A stretch of DNA of 64,000 bases. Source: Leptogorgia sarmentosa (Eukaryota). The DNA lies in the NCBI GenBank assembly GCA_964658305.1, contig OZ210885.1:5270001-5334000 (forward strand). Direction: 5' to 3'. Position numbers and translations under genes: made by a program. How positions within the stretch are numbered: the first letter of the stretch is position 1; each line of letters starts with the position of its first letter. This document shows, piece after piece, positions 60,474 through 64,000 of the stretch. The notes below the pieces were generated by a model. It made no database searches. It saw nothing but the letters and a program-made list of their open reading frames with translations, and was not told where the DNA came from.

Positions 60474-63208
60474 TAAGGAATTTGTAGCCTGAATTTGAGA
60501 CACATTGTGATATTTTAAACAGATTTCTTTTGAGTGCATGAATGGAAGTATACACGTGCTTGAAGCACTGTAATTACTGCACGCATCGATCAATATAATT
60601 TCCCTAAAATTGAACCTAAAGGTATCCAAAACGTTATGGGTTTCCTCCATGCATGTATAGGGGAAAGTATATACTTTTCCACTATATATTCTCGTGGAAG
60701 AAATTGGCTAGCTTTAATTCAACAATTGGGTTAATTATAATTATAAAGGGTTAAATATATAGTTGTATACAAAGGTGTTCTTTTCAGATTGAAAATTTTT
60801 ACCTTGATCGTTCGATGGATATATAAAGCTGCTTGAAATTCTCCACTTATCCACCGTTTAAGCGGCTATTACTATTAGTAAAACCAGGGGCCGGTTGTTC
60901 GTAGCCCGTTTAGCTTAAACGGCGGATAAGCCCAGAATATAAAACAAGTCTATGCATTGCTGAACATTGCTTGAACAGTCAAAATAATATTTTTCGATCT
61001 GAAAAATCTGCGGAAAAGTTTGCGGTTATAGATTTAGGGCGATTTTTACCATTCAATTTGTTTCCGCCAAAATTTCCGAGGTCGCGCCCTCGGGAAGTCT
61101 GGGAACGAGGTTGTTTTCAAACACAGTTCGTGAAGTATTGAACGTTTTCCCGTTTTAGTTTTTGGCAAGAAATATGGCTCTTATTTTATAAATTTGCTGC
61201 TTCATAAACGTCTCAAGAGTTCTACAAATACACAGGTTTGTTTCAGTTCAGTTTCGTTTACTTTATATTGTTTTTGCGACGTATTAATATTGTGCGTGAA
61301 TGCTCAGAAATGGCACTAGAATGCAGCCATATTACGATTGTTTACAAAATAATAATTTGTCTTGCCGACTATTTTTTTATTGCGGACTTTCGCTATTAAT
61401 AGTGAAAGGTTAACTATAAATACGCGAAGTTTTCTGCGACGTCTAGAACAGCTGTAAGAGGTACTATATTGTGATATACATCTCTGGTTCAATTTTCAAA
61501 TTTAAACCGAGGTTTATACAGTAAATATCCCGCGTCTGAGCTGTTCTTTGAGGGGGAGAATATTCGTTTTATTCAGCATCAAATGTGTTAAAGAATATAG
61601 AATTATTCAATTAGAATGAATCAGAATTCTTAGGAAAATGAAAACGAAAATTCATAATTAAACGAGACTTACCTGTAAGTTGATGTTTGATTTGGATTCT
61701 GTGAGTCATTGGTCGGGAGCGTAGGAGTCATGTGACTATATGAGAGAGTCTGAGAGAGCGCGCGAACCGGAAGATCAGTTTTGAACATTGAACTAAAAAT
61801 ACCTGGAACGCTAACTCCTATGATTTTCCCTATGATTGGCTGAAGCCGGCGCGCAAGAAAATTAACATTCAAAAGGACTGGGGAGAGTTCGAAGGAGCGA
61901 GAATTTTTTCACCCGGCTTGTTTTTGAGCAAAAATTGGCAAGAAATACACGGTTTTTAATAGAAAAACATCAATGTTTTGGGCTAACACAAGGTTGCCTG
62001 TTTAGATCCAACTGTTTTACGTCCATCTGCCGCAAAAAGTGAGGATTTTTATTTATATATTTCAAAAAAATGACAAATGTTTTGATGTGTCAAAAAAAAT
62101 TTGCTCTTCAACCGACAAAAATATATATTATGAAACGTTTAAACAGTGCCAAACCTATTTTACAATAAACGCCAGGTATCCTTCTTGATTTTAAACGTTT
62201 TATTGCCGCTTTATAACATTTAAAACATGAATAAATCGACGTTTTTCGAATGCTGTTATTTTCGGCTTCGCACGCAATTTGAGTACTTTGAATAAACAAT
62301 GTTTTGGTCAATTTTTAAATGCATTTTTTTCGACTGTCAAACCTTCAATCTTCGCGAAATTTCGCACACAGATGTATTTTGCATAGGGTTAAATAATTCC
62401 TGAGGTTTGACGTCTTAGTTTCACCTCAGACTTTCAATAACTCAGAAAAAGTAACCAAAAACGCGCGGTTTTTTGGCTCGTCCATGTCAACAGCGGATTT
62501 TTTTCTTATTTTTTAGCCAATTTGCGATAAGTTTATTTTGCGAATATAAAATTTAATTATCATGCTATTAATTTAAGTTAATTTTAGTGGCTAACTACAA
62601 TTTGGGGGCAAGATTTATGTGATTGAAAATGTGCTCATTTTACTACAAAAATTTAAAAAAGGACTGGGTCTACCTACAAAAACAGCTTCAAACGCGGCTT
62701 CAACTTCCCCCCCTGACTTAGCGTTCCAGGTATTTTTAGTTCAATGGTTTTGAACCAGATCGTAGTAGGTTATAGCGTACATATGGCGGCGGAAGTAATT
62801 AGTATGCAAAGAGGGCGAGTGCCTTAGCGCCGGAAGTAAATAGCATGCAATGAGTAATTAGTAACGTGTAACCGCGGCATGTGTTCCAGATACGCGTCCG
62901 TGTTATAAAACTAAACTTGTATGCATATAGAAAGGGTAGAATTTTTCGGTAAAAGAGATGTAATGTGCGACTAAAAGTTTAAAAGATGGGGGTTAGTTGA
63001 ATAAAGGTCAAATAGTAAAGTAAATATGTATTGCGCCGGCAGAAGAATAGCGAGTAATTAGTATTAGTCTATTATGGCCGCAATAACCCGGGGGAATAAT
63101 GAATGAGACTTTATGTTTTTGTAACAAGTTTATTAATCGTAAAAAATGCTCATGTACTTTTACAAGTCATCTAGAGAATTTTAGTTTACATGCTAGGAAA
63201 CCTAATAT

Positions 63209-64000
63209 TTAATGGTCTTCATCATCACTGTCCTCTGTAAAGGTGTAATCTTTTAACAGTTTTTTAATCAGAAATTTTCTCTTATCAACAGCTGCTTGAA
63301 TAGCTTCCTCGGGATCAAAATTATAGTCGTTCACAAAGGCATCTTTTGTTTGCATTATTTTCTTATGCACTGGGTCATTCTTTAGTTGTTTCATCCACGA
63401 AAGACAGATAGATAGATAGATAGATAGATAGACAACTTTATTTCAGAACGGTGGTTTCCTCAATTTACAAGAATTGCTTTTCAGGAAAGCCGTTACTAAG
63501 AGAATGAACCGGAATTAAAACTAAAACAACTATTTACATGATAATCTCCAAATTTTACAAACTATGTACAAACATGAACTCTAATATTATTTACAATCTA
63601 TTACAAAAACAAATCAAGTCATAAGGTTTCTGAAAATGTTCAAAGTTGGTGCAGATTTCACCGATGATGGCAAATTATTCCATAAAACTGGACCACTGTA
63701 TGCAAGACTGCGTTTTAAATATTCAGTTCGTGGCAATGGAATTTTAAGATTAACATCCGAATTTCTCTACATATAGATACAATATAGATACTTTCCAACT
63801 CATTTTGAAGCTTAGGCAGAAATTCGGAGTAAGCTTTTTGTCCAGCGGATTGTTCATCCAAGCCACTATGTATCAAATTCGTCTTCATTTCCTTAAAAGC
63901 CGTTTTATACTTTTTCATTGTTTCTTCTACCATTGGCATCCAAGGATCATTTTCTTCCCCCTCAGTTTCGTCGTCTGTTGTCACCGGACTTTCAGAACCA
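63209..64000 (-). pseudogene. Uncharacterised ORF (possibly a Polinton/Maverick-type accessory gene) split by a LINE insertion
   Basis: ...DPWMPMVEE...LQNELESIY [insert] LSWMKQLKNDPVHKKIMQTK...EAIQAAVDKRKFL...; the mobile-element link is recollection only. Confidence 0.45.
63403..63780 (-). mobile_element. 5'-truncated CR1/L2-type LINE 3' end with (TCTA)n tail
   Basis: Minus strand encodes IPLPRTEYLKRSLAYSGPVLWNNLPSSVKSA; 3' UTR ends AATAAAGTTG-(TCTA)n. Confidence 0.75.

Overview
AT-rich, intron-containing animal genomic DNA. The repeat and gene repertoire looks cnidarian-like; that assignment is inference. Host genes, all on the minus strand: the first three coding exons of POLD1 (3513-195), an intronless class A GPCR (5739-4744) and a multi-exon TRAF6-like gene (54812 to ~44754). 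About 36 kb between the GPCR and TRAF6 is mobile DNA in two blocks. (1) ~9-31.5 kb is a scrambled mosaic of exons and introns from at least four divergent paralogues of a DUF6729-type putative DDE transposase; pieces are plus-strand on the left and minus-strand on the right, giving long-range inverted repeats. (2) ~34.7-44.7 kb is a head-to-tail array of three related RLE-type (HERO-like) non-LTR retrotransposon families separated by (ATT)n. It has one intact 1065-aa copy and begins with a ~400-bp-arm palindrome whose loop carries (ATT)n running directly into (TTAGGG)6. Also present: several MITEs with clear TSDs, nested CACTGAG-ended elements, an EnSpm/CACTA-like element with a palindromic minisatellite and a duplicated neighbouring segment, a Penelope remnant with a hammerhead-like motif, and a LINE-interrupted ORF at the right end. 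Family names come from motif recognition by eye, not database searches.
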